A stretch of 63,908 bases of DNA, counting the filler, from Octopus bimaculoides (taxonomy: Eukaryota): assembly GCF_001194135.2 (NCBI RefSeq). It is 4 parts of 4 records of this genome, joined end to end, with 100 filler letters (N's around TTAATTAATTAA, not from the genome) between each part and the next. Parts side by side here need not be neighbours in the genome. Positions count along the whole stretch, not along the records: positions 12,308 to 39,207 come from NC_068986.1; positions 39,308 to 58,466 come from NC_068983.1; 2 more parts are not named here. One strand, 5' to 3'. The notes beneath the pieces were generated by a model that was given only the letters and a program-made list of their open reading frames with translations, did not search any database and was not told the DNA's origin. A program made the translations under genes and the position numbers. Positions within the stretch are counted from its first letter, which is position 1; every line of letters begins with the position of its first letter. Of this stretch, positions 28,246 to 40,423 are shown piece after piece.

Positions 28246-28618
28246 TGGTAGTGGTGAGAGATTCATACACTCAGTAGATTGCTCGATATAATGCCTGGTG
28301 ATATTTATTTGCTTCCCTTGACATTCTGTATTCAGATCCACCAGAATCTACTTTGCCTTTTATCAATTCTTGGATGGATGAAATAAACACCTGTCAAATA
28401 ATATATGTATTTAATCAACTACACCTCTTCCATGCCATTTCAGTTTGTTACCTTGTTCTTCTGCTAAAAATCAATAATCAGTTATGATCTGGCAAGAATA
28501 GAAAGGTAGACTTAAATGCTCTAAGTTCAAATCCTATCTAATTCAACTTGGATTTTCATAAACTAAAGCACCTGTCCAGAGAGATGGAATGAAAGCATCA
28601 TTTGAGCTTCAGACAAGA

Positions 28619-28619
<1 letters not shown>

Positions 28620-28664
<45 letters not shown>

Positions 28665-29788
28665 CCACCACCACCATCAATATCGTCGTCGTCGTCGTCG
28701 TCGTCCTCATCATCACCACCATCATCATTATCATCCTCATCATCATCATTATTAGATGTTCACTTTCCCATGCTTTCATGGGTCAGAAAATGTTTATTTG
28801 AATCAGATTTTCTGTGGCCAGATGTCTTTCTTGCTGCCAAGCCTCNNNNNNNNNNNNNNNNNNNNNNNNNNNNNNNNNNNNNNNNNNNNNNNNNNNNNNN
28901 NNNNNNNNNNNNNNNNNNNNNNNNNNNNNNNNNNNNNNNNNNNNNNNNNNNNNNNNNNNNNNNNNNNNNNNNNNNNNNNNNNNNNNNNNNNNNNNNNNNN
29001 NNNNNNNNNNNNNNNNNNNNNNNNNNNNNNNNNNNNNNNNNNNNNNNNNNNNNNNNNNNNNNNNNNNNNNNNNNNNNNNNNNNNNNNNNNNNNNNNNNNN
29101 NNNNNNNNNNNNNNNNNNNNNNNNNNNNNNNNNNNNNNNNNNNNNNNNNNNNNNNNNNNNNNNNNNNNNNNNNNNNNNNNNNNNNNNNNNNNNNNNNNNN
29201 NNNNNNNNNNNNNNNNNNNNNNNNNNNNNNNNNNNNNNNNNNNNNNNNNNNNNNNNNNNNNNNNNNNNNNNNNNNNNNNNNNNNNNNNNNNNNNNNNNNN
29301 NNNNNNNNNNNNNNNNNNNNNNNNNNNNNNNNNNNNNNNNNNNNNNNNNNNNNNNNNNNNNNNNNNNNNNNNNNNNNNNNNNNNNNNNNNNNNNNNNNNN
29401 NNNNNNNNNNNNNNNNNNNNNNNNNNNNNNNNNNNNNNNNNNNNNNNNNNNNNNNNNNNNNNNNNNNNNNNNNNNNNNNNNNNNNNNNNNNNNNNNNNNN
29501 NNNNNNNNNNNNNNNNNNNNNNNNNNNNNNNNNNNNNNNNNNNNNNNNNNNNNNNNNNNNNNNNNNNNNNNNNNNNNNNNNNNNNNNNNNNNNNNNNNNN
29601 NNNNNNNNNNNNNNNNNNNNNCCAGCACAATCGTCTCTCTTGCACGCCACAACTGATGCTTCTAATGTTCAGCTTTTCTCTCAAGATACTTACACTCTGA
29701 CGGGTATTCACATTGACATTACACATCCAACGGAGCATACTGGCTTCATTCCTTGCGAGCTTACGTATGTCCTCAGCAGTTACAGCCC

Positions 29789-29790
<2 letters not shown>
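28620..29790 (-). mobile_element. 5'-truncated RTE LINE 3' end with (GAT)n tail (largely in a gap)
   Basis: WAVTAEDIRKLARNEASMLRWMCNV...LREKLNIRSISCGVQERRLCW, then after the gap a 3' UTR acccatgaaagcatgggaaagtgaacatc and a (GAT)n tail. Confidence 0.8.
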
Positions 29791-29827
<37 letters not shown>

Positions 29828-29829
<2 letters not shown>

Positions 29830-30222
29830 GTAATCCCTCGACTATCACAAGTGTTACATTCCAAAATCTCCCGTGATAGGTGAAAATCCGCAAAGTAGAA
29901 ACAATACTGGACTATATATTTTTTCTTTTTATAATTTTTATATATTTTATTATAAATGTGTTATGTCTCAAGCTACTGCCATCTAGCACCTTCGGATGAT
30001 CTCTACTCAACCGCTACTCGACAGCTACTCAACAGTTACTGAACTCTCTACCATGGTCAGACTACCTCTATTTATATGTCTTAGGCGATCCTACTTCTTC
30101 GCTTGGGGCGTCGACACAACAAAATGCTAAACAACACCACGGAGGAATTGACATAAACTTGAATAATAAACTGCGATAGGCGAACTACAATAGGTGAACC
30201 ATGATATTGTGAGGGATTACTG
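29828..30222. mobile_element. pogo/Tigger-like MITE
   Basis: TIRs cagtaatccctc.../...gagggattactg, inserted in a (TA)n tract with TA on the right flank. Confidence 0.75.
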
Positions 30223-30324
<102 letters not shown>

Positions 30325-31044
30325 TATATATATGTGTGTGTGTGGTAAATGAAAGACAGAAGGCGGAATATATGAGAATTTATATTATTAATCACAAATG
30401 TTTTGATATATCTAGCATTGATCCCTCACATGTGTGATACTTGACAACTGGTTCAGGAGCATCTGGCAGTGCAGATGTGCCCCATCAGGTGATAAATAGA
30501 TACAACTTGTTTAAATAACAGTTCCACAATGTATCTTCTCATTTCATAGAAAGAAAAGCAGCAAAACAAAAGAAATATCTTCATTTATATATATACATAT
30601 TACATATATGAATATATATATATATANNNNNNNNNNNNNNNNNNNNNNNNNNNNNNNNNNNNNNNNNNNNNNNNNNNNNNNNNNNNNNNNNNNNNNNNNN
30701 NNNNNNNNNNNNNNNNNNNNNNNNNNNNNNNNNNNNNNNNNNNNNNNNNNNNNNNNNNNNNNNNNNNNNNNNNNNNNNNNNNNNNNNNNNNNNNNNNNNN
30801 NNNNNNNNNNNNNNNNNNNNNNNNNNNNNNNNNNNNNNNNNNNNNNNNNNNNNNNNNNNNNNNNNNNNNNNNNNNNNNNNNNNNNNNNNNNNNNNNNNNN
30901 NNNNNNNNNNNNNNNNNNNNNNNNNNNNNNNNNNNNNNNNNNNNNNNNNNNNNNNNNNNNNNNNNNNNNNNNNNNNNNNNNNNNNNNNNNNNNNNNNNNN
31001 NNNNNNNNNNNNNNNNNNNNNNNNNNNNNNNNNNNNNNNNNNNN

Positions 31045-31701
31045 AATTTATTAATAAGGGTAGAAATTGATATTAATCAATTAAAACCAGTGGTCTATCA
31101 TATTAAAAACATCCGAAGATTAAAATTATATTACATACAAAAATAAGAGGAATGACCAGCAAAAGTGGACTCCTATATGCTAGAAATAGATGCCGAATCA
31201 TCTAACTACGAAAAATATGTTCTCAGTAAAAATTTAGCAACACAACAGACTGTAAAAGGGCAAGACAAATGAAAAAGTACTACATAAAAAAACGATTAAC
31301 CTACGTATCATGGTTTCACCTGTTAAAATTTACATAAGTAAATATCTGCAGGATCATCAGCGTAGTCTGTCGATTTATAAAATACAATTTCCAGAACTAG
31401 ACATAAGACGTCCACCTGAAAGGCAGCACGTGTAGAGTTCTACAAATTACATTCAGTGTATCCTTTCAAATATCTTCATTCTGGCACGCTAAGTCCAGAA
31501 ATAACTCTGCAGTTAATAAATTTTTGCAGCTAATGTACCGGTTTGAGAACATCATTATTTAAAATTTATTAATAAGGGTAGAAATTGATATTAATCAATT
31601 AAAACCAGTGGTCTAGCATATTAAAAACATTCGAAGATTAAAATTATATTACATACAAAAATAAGAGGAATGACCAGCAAAAGTGGACTCCTATATGCTA
31701 G
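31045..31701 (-). mobile_element. ORF-less partial tandem repeat, 518-bp period, carrying an HHR (retrozyme-like or non-autonomous Penelope pLTR)
   Basis: 31045-31183 equals 31563-31701 (139 bp, 2 mismatches). The HHR is internal, and AATAAA lies at the end of the repeated segment on the minus strand. Confidence 0.75.
31301..31365 (-). ncRNA. Type I hammerhead ribozyme, probably impaired in this copy
   Basis: CUACG-CUGAUGA-U-CCUG...(AUUUAC UUAU GUAAAU)...CAGG-U-GAAA-CCAUGA-UA^CGUAG. Stem I is 5 bp. Stem III is one substitution away from the palindrome ACCAUGGU. Confidence 0.72.
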
Positions 31702-32740
31702 TGAGACACCCCACAACCAAATGTTTTTAAGCAAACGTCTTACCATACACTGCCATACCTGAACTTATTCCATCTCTTTCTGTTTGTGTTTATCCCACTT
31801 CACTGCTTGACAGCCAATGTTGGTTTGTTTACATTCCTGTAAATTAGCAGTTCAGCAAAAAAGACAGATAAAAAATATACAATATTTTGATCTGTTTTGT
31901 TAAGCCTTTCAAGGTTGCCCCCACATTCCAATGACTGAAACAAGTAAAAGGTAAAAGAGAAAAGAATTTTTTTTCTTTTTTGCTCTAAATCAGTCTGAAG
32001 AAAAGTGGTGGAAAAAATGGGAGGAAGTTATAATCAGGCTGGCTGGCTGGATAGTTGGATGGATGGATGGATGGATATCTAAGTGTGTTTGTCTTGATCT
32101 TACTGTTTGTATTTGTCCCACAACACTGCTTGACAACCAGTGTTGGTTTGTTTACATTCTTTTAACTTAGTAGATCAACAAAAGAGAATGATAGAATAAG
32201 TACCAGACTTTAAAAAAATTCTTGCAACTGAGGAAACTGCTAAAGGCATGTTGGGCAAGTATTTTCTAACATGGCCCTTGGATCAACCAAAAACTATGAC
32301 TGAAATTTTGTCAATGAAAACTATGAAACTGTTCCTGTTCTTTAGGGTGAACTTAATCTCTGTCATTTTGACACCATCACCTGGCCCTTGGGGAAGGAAT
32401 CTTCAGAGGAGTTCAAAATAATGCAAATATTCTGGTGAGGTCACTGGTTTAAAAATAATTTGCTCCCTTAGAGATTTTGAAAAAGAATCAAGGGAATTGT
32501 GCTTCCTCTTCTAAGTTATAAAAGAGGGCATTAGTGAAATGTATCAGTTTCAAAACTGGATAGGGGTCTCGATTCACAAGACACTTACTTGTCCAAGGAG
32601 CTATTCTGTAGGATTAAACCTAAAACCATTTACTACAAAGCTAACTTTTTAACCACACAGCCATACTTGTATGCATTTACGTCATCATCATCATTTAACA
32701 TCTCTTTTCCCTGCTGGCATGGGTTGGACAGTTTGACATG

Positions 32741-33300
32741 GAGCTAGCCAGTCAGGGAGCTAGCCAGTCAGGGAGCTAGCCAGTCAGGGAGCTGGCCAGT
32801 CAGGGAGCTAGCCAGTCAGGGAGCTGGCCAGTCAGGGAGCTGGCCAGTCAGGGAGCTAGCCAGTCAGGGAGCTNNNNNNNNNNNNNNNNNNNNNNNNNNN
32901 NNNNNNNNNNNNNNNNNNNNNNNNNNNNNNNNNNNNNNNNNNNNNNNNNNNNNNNNNNNNNNNNNNNNNNNNNNNNNNNNNNNNNNNNNNNNNNNNNNNN
33001 NNNNNNNNNNNNNNNNNNNNNNNNNNNNNNNNNNNNNNNNNNNNNNNNNNNNNNNNNNNNNNNNNNNNNNNNNNNNNNNNNNNNNNNNNNNNNNNNNNNN
33101 NNNNNNNNNNNNNNNNNNNNAGGGAGCTAGCCAGTCAGGGAGCTGGCCAGTCAGGGAGCTAGCCAGTCAGGGAGCTGGCCAGTCAGGGAGCTGGCCAGTC
33201 AGGGAGCTGGCCAGTCAGGGAGCTGGCCAGTCAGGGAGCTGGCCAGTCAGGGAGCTGGCCAGTCAGGGAGCTAGCCAGTCAGGGAGCTGGCCAGTCAGGG
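32741..33300. repeat. 17-bp minisatellite (gagct[a/g]gccagtcaggg)n inside an RTE-tail SINE
   Basis: Direct reading on both sides of gap 32874-33120. The flanks match SINE copies such as ~37797-38130. Confidence 0.95.
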
Positions 33301-34043
33301 TACTGCCCAGATTCCAGTTGTCTGTTGTGGCATGTTTTCTATGGCTAGATGCCCTTCCTAACCCCAACCACTTTACAGAGTGTGGTGGGTACATTTACAC
33401 AGCACTGGCACAAGCACATTTTATGTGGCACTGGCACCTGCCAAGAACAACCCTGTATGTATGAATGACATCGATCTACATGTTGCATAATGTAAATATA
33501 TAAGTTGCATAATGTCTACATGTTACGTAAGTCTGCATTACATAATATCTACATGTTACTTAATGCCTACACGTAAATTTCTGTATGTTGCATAACATAA
33601 ACGTCTACTTGTCACATGATGTCTACATCATGTAGCTTAAAAACCGTTTTAAGAAAGCCTTTTTAGAGCCATCACTTAACTTCAGTTTCATCATGTTAAA
33701 CAGACAAGAAATATATATCCTCCAGTCTATTTCTTGAAAATCTGCTACACTAGATGACCGCAGTTCAATAAAAGAAAGTGTCACTCACCTACATAAATAA
33801 CAAAACATCCTTACATCATCACATCTCTTAATACCCTTCAGAAACGTTTCAACACCACACAATCTTATTGCCTCATCCGAAGCTTTTAATAACAATTAAA
33901 TATTACATCAATTTCATTTTTATTTTATAAACTTTTCTTTCATATAATTCTATTAGACAAAAGACATTAGAACAAATGATCTGAAAATAATATAAGTAAG
34001 AAAATAAATCAGTCTATTGTGAATTTCTTTTTACTGCTTCTTT

Positions 34044-34089
<46 letters not shown>

Positions 34090-36970
34090 CTTTTTTTTGC
34101 TTTTTTTCTTTGATCGTTTTTGGTTTTCTCGTGTGTTAATAATAGGTTACATGGATTTAGCTCTATATTTATGTGATGAATTATTACTAAAGTACGTAAA
34201 GATCAGACATACTATTGACCTCACTTCTTTAAATCTAAATAACACTTCAATCTCTAAGTGACTCTATCTTATACTAAGTCTATGAATATCAGACAAGAAT
34301 GGCACCTAAAGATATGTATACGTGCATGTATATATATGTGTGTGTATGTGTATGCATGAATTCTATAATATATATCAGAGTTTCAGGGGCATGAGTTCTT
34401 TATCTTTCAATGTGTCTGAGGTAAGTGAGACTAGTAAAGCCTATCTCTCCATTTAGCAATACTCATCTGGAGTTTGGAGCTCAGCTCTATAAACTATCAA
34501 AATACTTAATACTGATTAGTATGGCGTTAGACAAATACTTTGCAGTTATTGTACTGGCTCCTTATATTCCCAGTTCAAGTCTCACCAAGCTCAGTTTCGC
34601 CTTTCGTCCTTTTAGAGTTAATAAAATAATATATACCAGACAAGAATTAAGATCAGTATAACTGTCTCTTCTCCCCAAATTGCTGGCCTTGTGCTTATGT
34701 TAGAAATTATTAAGAACTAGCTGGCCCTATGCTGTCAAAAATGACAGCTAATTATAGTATTCTATATAAAAATATGGATGGTAAATCAAATTAATACACT
34801 TGTCAATGTTATTTAGTGGTTGCCTTTTGAGATGTGATGTCGATCATTGTTTGTTACTGAATGAACGCTGGTTCACACATACAAACATTCACATACTTCC
34901 CTTGTACATGCACACACATGCACATACACACATATGCTCACACAGAGTTGAAACGCTGTTTTATTTTTCTCTTCAGGGTTGAATGTTCACATCCCACTTC
35001 CATTGCACATACACACACACACGCATAAACATGCATTCACATACTTCCCTTTTACATACACACACATATACATATACACATGACACACACATATACATAT
35101 ACACATGAGACACACAGAGTCAAAACACTCCTACAACCACTTTGTCATCACCCCTTCCTTTCTTATTCATATGTTGTGATGGAGAAAACACAGGAGTATT
35201 ATTGTAGTAGATGGTGGGTAGAATAGTTAGAGTATTAGTTATGGCCTTTCTGGGTTCAAATCTAACCAAAGTTAACTTAGTTTTTCATCTTTCATCTTTC
35301 CAGTGTTGATAAAATAACGTACAAATCAAATACATGAATCAGTTTAATATTCCAGTACAACATCTCAGATGTGGCTGGAATTATATAAAAAAAACAAACT
35401 AAGACTAACCTAACTGTTCATCCATCCAGGATTAATAAAATAAAGTACCAGTCAACTATATGAGTGGATATAATTGACTATACCCTCAACAAATGTAAAG
35501 CTTTGTACTAGTGTTAAAAATCAATAAATACAGTATTACAACAATTTATATCTGTCCATTGTTCCTGGTTGCAAATAATTTAACTGATCTGTTAGAAGAT
35601 AAATGTTAGCCATAACCATAGATTCTTCCTGCCATGTTGTACAATAATTAATAGAAATCAACTGAGAAAGATGTTTTTAACATTTAATCTCAGCGAAGTA
35701 ACTGTTTGGTAGGTTTAATTTGGTTAACAGATTTAAACTATAAGATATTATAGTTAGAGTGGTAATACTGATTTCAAATTTTGGCACAAGGTCAGCAGGT
35801 TTGGGGGAAGGGATAAGTTTGATTAAATTGACTCCAGTGTTCAACTGGTACTTTTTATCAACCCCAAAAGAATGAAAGGCAATGTTGACCTTGACAGATT
35901 TTGAATTCACTAAGTATTTTGCCCAGCATTCTGACAATTCTGCCAGCTTGCTGTCTTAGTTAGAGAGATAACATTGGCAGGGAGGGATTTCCAACAAATC
36001 ACAGTTCTTGAGAATGGAAAAGATTAGGAAAAATCTTTAATACCAATTTCGGGGTGATGATATACAATACAGATAAAGGGTGAAAATGTGAGTCAGAAAG
36101 ATTAAAATGAGGATGGTATAGTATGTGTGCTCTCAGAAAGCAGTTATTTGTGTATATGATATAGCAAGTAGACACAATTCAGAAGTAAGCATATGTGTTG
36201 ATGAATGAAGGTTTGCTGATCAATTGTACAACCAAGAATTAGGCTTATCAAACTGTCCAAACTCTGAGAAATATCTAGAAATATACTGGTGTGAAGAATT
36301 TTCCTGATTTAAAAAAAAACTAGCACTTGTGCAGATCTGAAAAATATTTCAGTGCTTAAGAGGATATTCAGGTTTTTGGTTCAATTTCTTATTGCAATTT
36401 CATTTTGCCTAATTTTGTCATCAATATCATCGTCATCATTATTTAACATCTGATTTTCCATACTTGCATGGGTCACACAAAATTTGTTGAGACAGATTTT
36501 CTACAGCCAGACACCTTCCCTATTGAAAACTCACACTGGTTTCCAAGTAAGGTAAGGTTTTCCTATGACCAGACATGTTTTCACAGAAGATTGGGAACAA
36601 AAGACACCACTTGCATGATGGTGATATATATATATATATTACAATAGGCTTGTTTTAGTTTCCATCTGCCAAAACCACTCACAAGTCTTTGGTCAGCCCA
36701 AGGCTATAATAGGAAACACTTGCCCAAGGTGCCATGCAGTGGGACTGAACCCAAAGCCATGTGGTTGGGAAGCAAACTTGCTGCCACACAGCCACACCTG
36801 TGCCTACATCATGTACATAAAACATCATTAGACGATAGAGTTGACAAATTATTGAGGAAACGTTCGTTATCTGGAGCCATCGATGCATGGATGGCAAATG
36901 AGACAGTTGTAACAAGAAACAATGTATGGACAAGAAACTGAGCAGTTATGGTAAATATATCTGGTAGTTA

Positions 36971-37507
36971 TTGCAGTTACAATGGTTATAACAGATAATT
37001 CTCTTCTACTACAATTTATGACTGTGCTTTCATGCTCCATGCACTTATGTCAGAGGATCTCTAAAGGCTAATACTGTAATATCTAGCATTCTAACAGGAC
37101 ATCCATATTAAGTTGGATATAAAGATTACCTTTTGGTACTAATACTGCTTCCATTGCTAATAATTATTTTTTGATAAGCCTACTAGCTATTTGTGATATC
37201 AGTGACTGAAAAGACACTGAAATGTTACATATCTTAACAGTGAGACTTGGCTGATATGTGGTGATCAGATACCTGTCACTGAGGAAGTCCAGTAGACTGA
37301 AATCATGTGATCTGACAGTTCCCATCCCCATAACAGATGATTCTTGTCTGCTATGATTTATGTTTGTGCTTTTACACACCATGTGCCTATATGAGAGGAC
37401 CTGTCGAAGCTAATACCACACTATTCAGCATTCTAACAAGATATCCACATTAAGTTGGATATGAAGATTACCTTTTAGTACATTGCTAATAATTATTTTT
37501 TAATAAA
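36971..37507 (+). mobile_element. ORF-less direct-repeat element, 342-bp period, with a central HHR (retrozyme-like)
   Basis: 36988-37177 aligns with 37330-37507 (about 80% by hand count, one 12-bp indel). Similarity reaches back to about 36971/37313, and the element ends in AATAAA. Confidence 0.75.
37273..37318 (+). ncRNA. Type I hammerhead ribozyme with complete core
   Basis: CUGUCA-CUGAGGA-AGUC CAGUA GACU-GAAA-UCA UG UGA-UC^UGACAG. Stem I is 6/6 bp, stem II is 4/4 bp, stem III is AUCA/UGAU, and the triplet is AUC. Confidence 0.88.
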
Positions 37508-39081
37508 ACTGTTGGTAGTTTTGTCTTTTAAACCTTAAGTCAACCTTGAATGAGAAAACATAATCAAAGGTGCTCTGGCTTTGACCAACCTATCTTTAAT
37601 CAGATCTAGACCAACATTACACAATGTATCCTTCATCTTCTGGGATCAGCTTAATTGATTAATATTGGTGTCTCCCGAAATATTTCAAGAGGCTACAGTT
37701 GAGTACCCAGAACATATCTTCTAAGAGTTGCTGATGCTTTAAGGTCAGATGAACATATAAACAACCAGCAGCCACAGTATTGCTGCAAGGTGCCATAACA
37801 TCATCATTTAACATTTGTTTTCCATGCTGGCATGGGTTAGATCGTTTTGACTGGAGATGGTAAGCGAGAGAGCTGCACCAGGCTCCAGTTGTCTGTTTTG
37901 GCTTTTGCCTTCTAGAGCTGGATGCCCTTCCTAATGCCAGCCATCTTACAGAGTGTATTGAGTACTTTTTACATGCAACCGGTATGAGTGTCTTTCACAT
38001 ACCACCAGCACAGGTATCTTTCATGTGTCACCAGCATGGGTGCCTTTTACGTGTCACTGGCATGGGTGCCTTTACATGGCACCAGCATGGGTACTTTTTA
38101 TGTGGTACTGGCTCCAACAGAATTGCCAAGTAACTTGCCAGACAAAGACTTCTTGGTTAAGAGAGAGAGAGTGGAAAAAAGGGAAGTGGTTATTGCCAGG
38201 CAAGAGGTCAGAAGAGTATGATAGAAGAAGAGGGATAGTTGTCTTACAATAGAGGAAAATACTTGGCTACCCCAGGAGGAAAAGGAAGGAGAAAGAACGT
38301 GGGAGAGAGTTCAAGAGAAAGACAGAGGAGCAGTCAGAGTAAGAGAGTGAGAGTGGGAGAGAGAGGGAAACAGATAGTGTAAGGATGTATTGGTACAAGA
38401 AACAACGGGGAGGGGCATAAGTAGTGCTAGAGGGGGTGTCCCATGAGAGTGTGAGGAGATATGTTTAGGGACGGTGGGGGGGAAGACATGACTGTCGCAA
38501 GTGATGTGGAAAATTGGAGGGTCTTGGAAAGGGGTAAGGAAGATATGTGAAGGCATGGAGAGTGTGCAGATAGATATGTGAGTGGAGGGACCTGCAACAA
38601 GTGAGGCACAAGAGGGAGAGTGGAGGGGAAAGGTCTGCTGGGAATTTTGGAAGAAGTCAGATAATGTGTGTGTGTGAGAGAGAGAGAGCGGGGGTGGGGC
38701 AAGGCACAACAGAAAAGGACATGCCTGGGTGTGTGGATGGACATGATCTCACTTAGCTTAGCAGGTTTTATTAGCTTTGAAAAGATAATAGAACCATGTC
38801 ACACAATTCCTAGGGAGAAAAAGAAAGAAAAAGGGTCCGTGATCTGTCCATCATCAGGTCCAATACTAGAAGAAATACTTATAAAAAATCTGATTTTTGC
38901 CCCTTTTTTTTTCCATTTTTATCATTTCCCAAGGCCATTACAAATCACAGTGTATTTGGATATTTCAACTTGCTCCCTTCTGGGAAGGGAACATCTTTAC
39001 CTGCTGACAGCACATACTAGATTATCTTAGGTCATTTTAAAGGATCAGCAATGTGATTGTGTGATGTTATGAGTGGTAGTA

Positions 39082-39138
<57 letters not shown>

Positions 39139-39207
39139 AGGATGTGATGTTGGTGGGAATAACAGTGGTGGGATGGTTGTGGTGGTTGTGGTGGCGGTGG
39201 TGGTGGC

Positions 39208-39307
39208 NNNNNNNNNNNNNNNNNNNNNNNNNNNNNNNNNNNNNNNNNNNNTTAATTAATTAANNNNNNNNNNNNNNNNNNNNNNNNNNNNNNNNNNNNN
39301 NNNNNNN
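39208..39307. other. Artificial 100-bp scaffold join
   Basis: TTAATTAATTAA at 39252-39263 between two 44-N runs. Confidence 0.95.
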
Positions 39308-40291
39308 GAGGTAAGAGCTCTCTAAACTTTGCCCAGGCTATTCTTATTCTAGCAGCTACACTTTCAGCACACCCACCCCCACTACTAACTTGGTCACCCA
39401 GATAGCGGAAGCTATCGACTACCTCTAGTTTTCTCTCCCTGGAATGAGATAGAAGTTGTTTCCTGTTTGTTTACAGTGTTTATTGCACCAGCAGCTAAAC
39501 CTGGTCTGTTTGGCTGATGTGGCTGTGATTGTTTTTGGTTAGGCACAATCTATAACACCGTTTCTCAACCTGATCATTTCATGTCCTGTTTCGATTGAAG
39601 ATTTCACCCTCTCCTGTCAGAAAATGGCTTCAGGAGTTGTGAAGAAAGAATTTGTACATAGTCTGTTTGTGAGAGCTATTCTATTGGACGTCTTTCTACT
39701 CATTAAAAGATTTATTTAATCATGAACATAGAAAGAAAAGATATATGAAATGGACATGTGTGTGTATGGGGGAGGTGTATGTGAGAGAGAAGAAAAGTGA
39801 AGAAAAAGGCTAAGTGAACTATGGGAAAAGTAATTGTTATACACTTATAGAAAAACAATTTATATTATAGAAATTGATACATACCTGTTGAAGATTAAAA
39901 TATATAAGAACTATTGATGGTGTATGTGCATATGAGAGAGAGAGGGGGAGAGAAATGAAATTTATCATTCAGTTTATTTATTTATTATGTATATACGTAT
40001 GAATGGCTTCAGTGACACACACTCACATACATGCATGCACGCACGCGGGTTGTTTTAATCGATTTTCTCTGGAAGTATGGGGGCTAGCGAAAAAAATAGA
40101 AGCGCATTCCAATCTATGCACCCGTCTCCACATGTGTGCCATTTTTCACGCGAATCCACCCAGCCGTTTGGCTGTGAATCTCAAGACAAGAAAGAATACA
40201 ATGGTCGACCAACTTCAATTTATATTATAGATATATCATATATATATATATATATATCTGTAAAAATATGTGACACTTATTCAATAGCCAT

Positions 40292-40352
40292 GATAAAACT
40301 CCGAGTTTCGGATGCCGGGGTCGAAGTCCACGCCAACATCTCTTCAGTTATC
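40292..40352 (-). ncRNA. Type I hammerhead ribozyme
   Basis: GAUAA-CUGAAGA-GAUGUUGG...CCGGCAUC-C-GAAA-CU CGG AG-UU^UUAUC. Stem I is 5 bp, stem II is 8 bp (2 G-U), and the triplet is GUU. Confidence 0.75.
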
Positions 40353-40423
40353 CGGCCACTGAAGATTCCTGTGAAAATTGACCACTAACCAAAGGGAAAT
40401 TACTGTGTGATTGACCGTCATTA

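Noticed and set aside
27810-28341. MDGWMDG/MDRQTDG ORFs resembling the cephalopod reflectin MD-x5 motif
   Set aside because: These are translations of a pure (GATG)/(GACA) compound microsatellite, open in several frames on both strands and lacking the Tyr/Arg/Pro-rich reflectin linkers.
32741-33300. Regular short repeats as a CRISPR-like array
   Set aside because: There are no unique spacers, the units are head-to-tail, and the context is a eukaryotic SINE.
33780-33900. Minus-strand perfect donor AG|GTGAGT after a short open frame (KASDEAIRLCGVETFLKG...)
   Set aside because: The acceptor is poor, there is no recognisable homology and no partner exons, so it is insufficient to call an exon.
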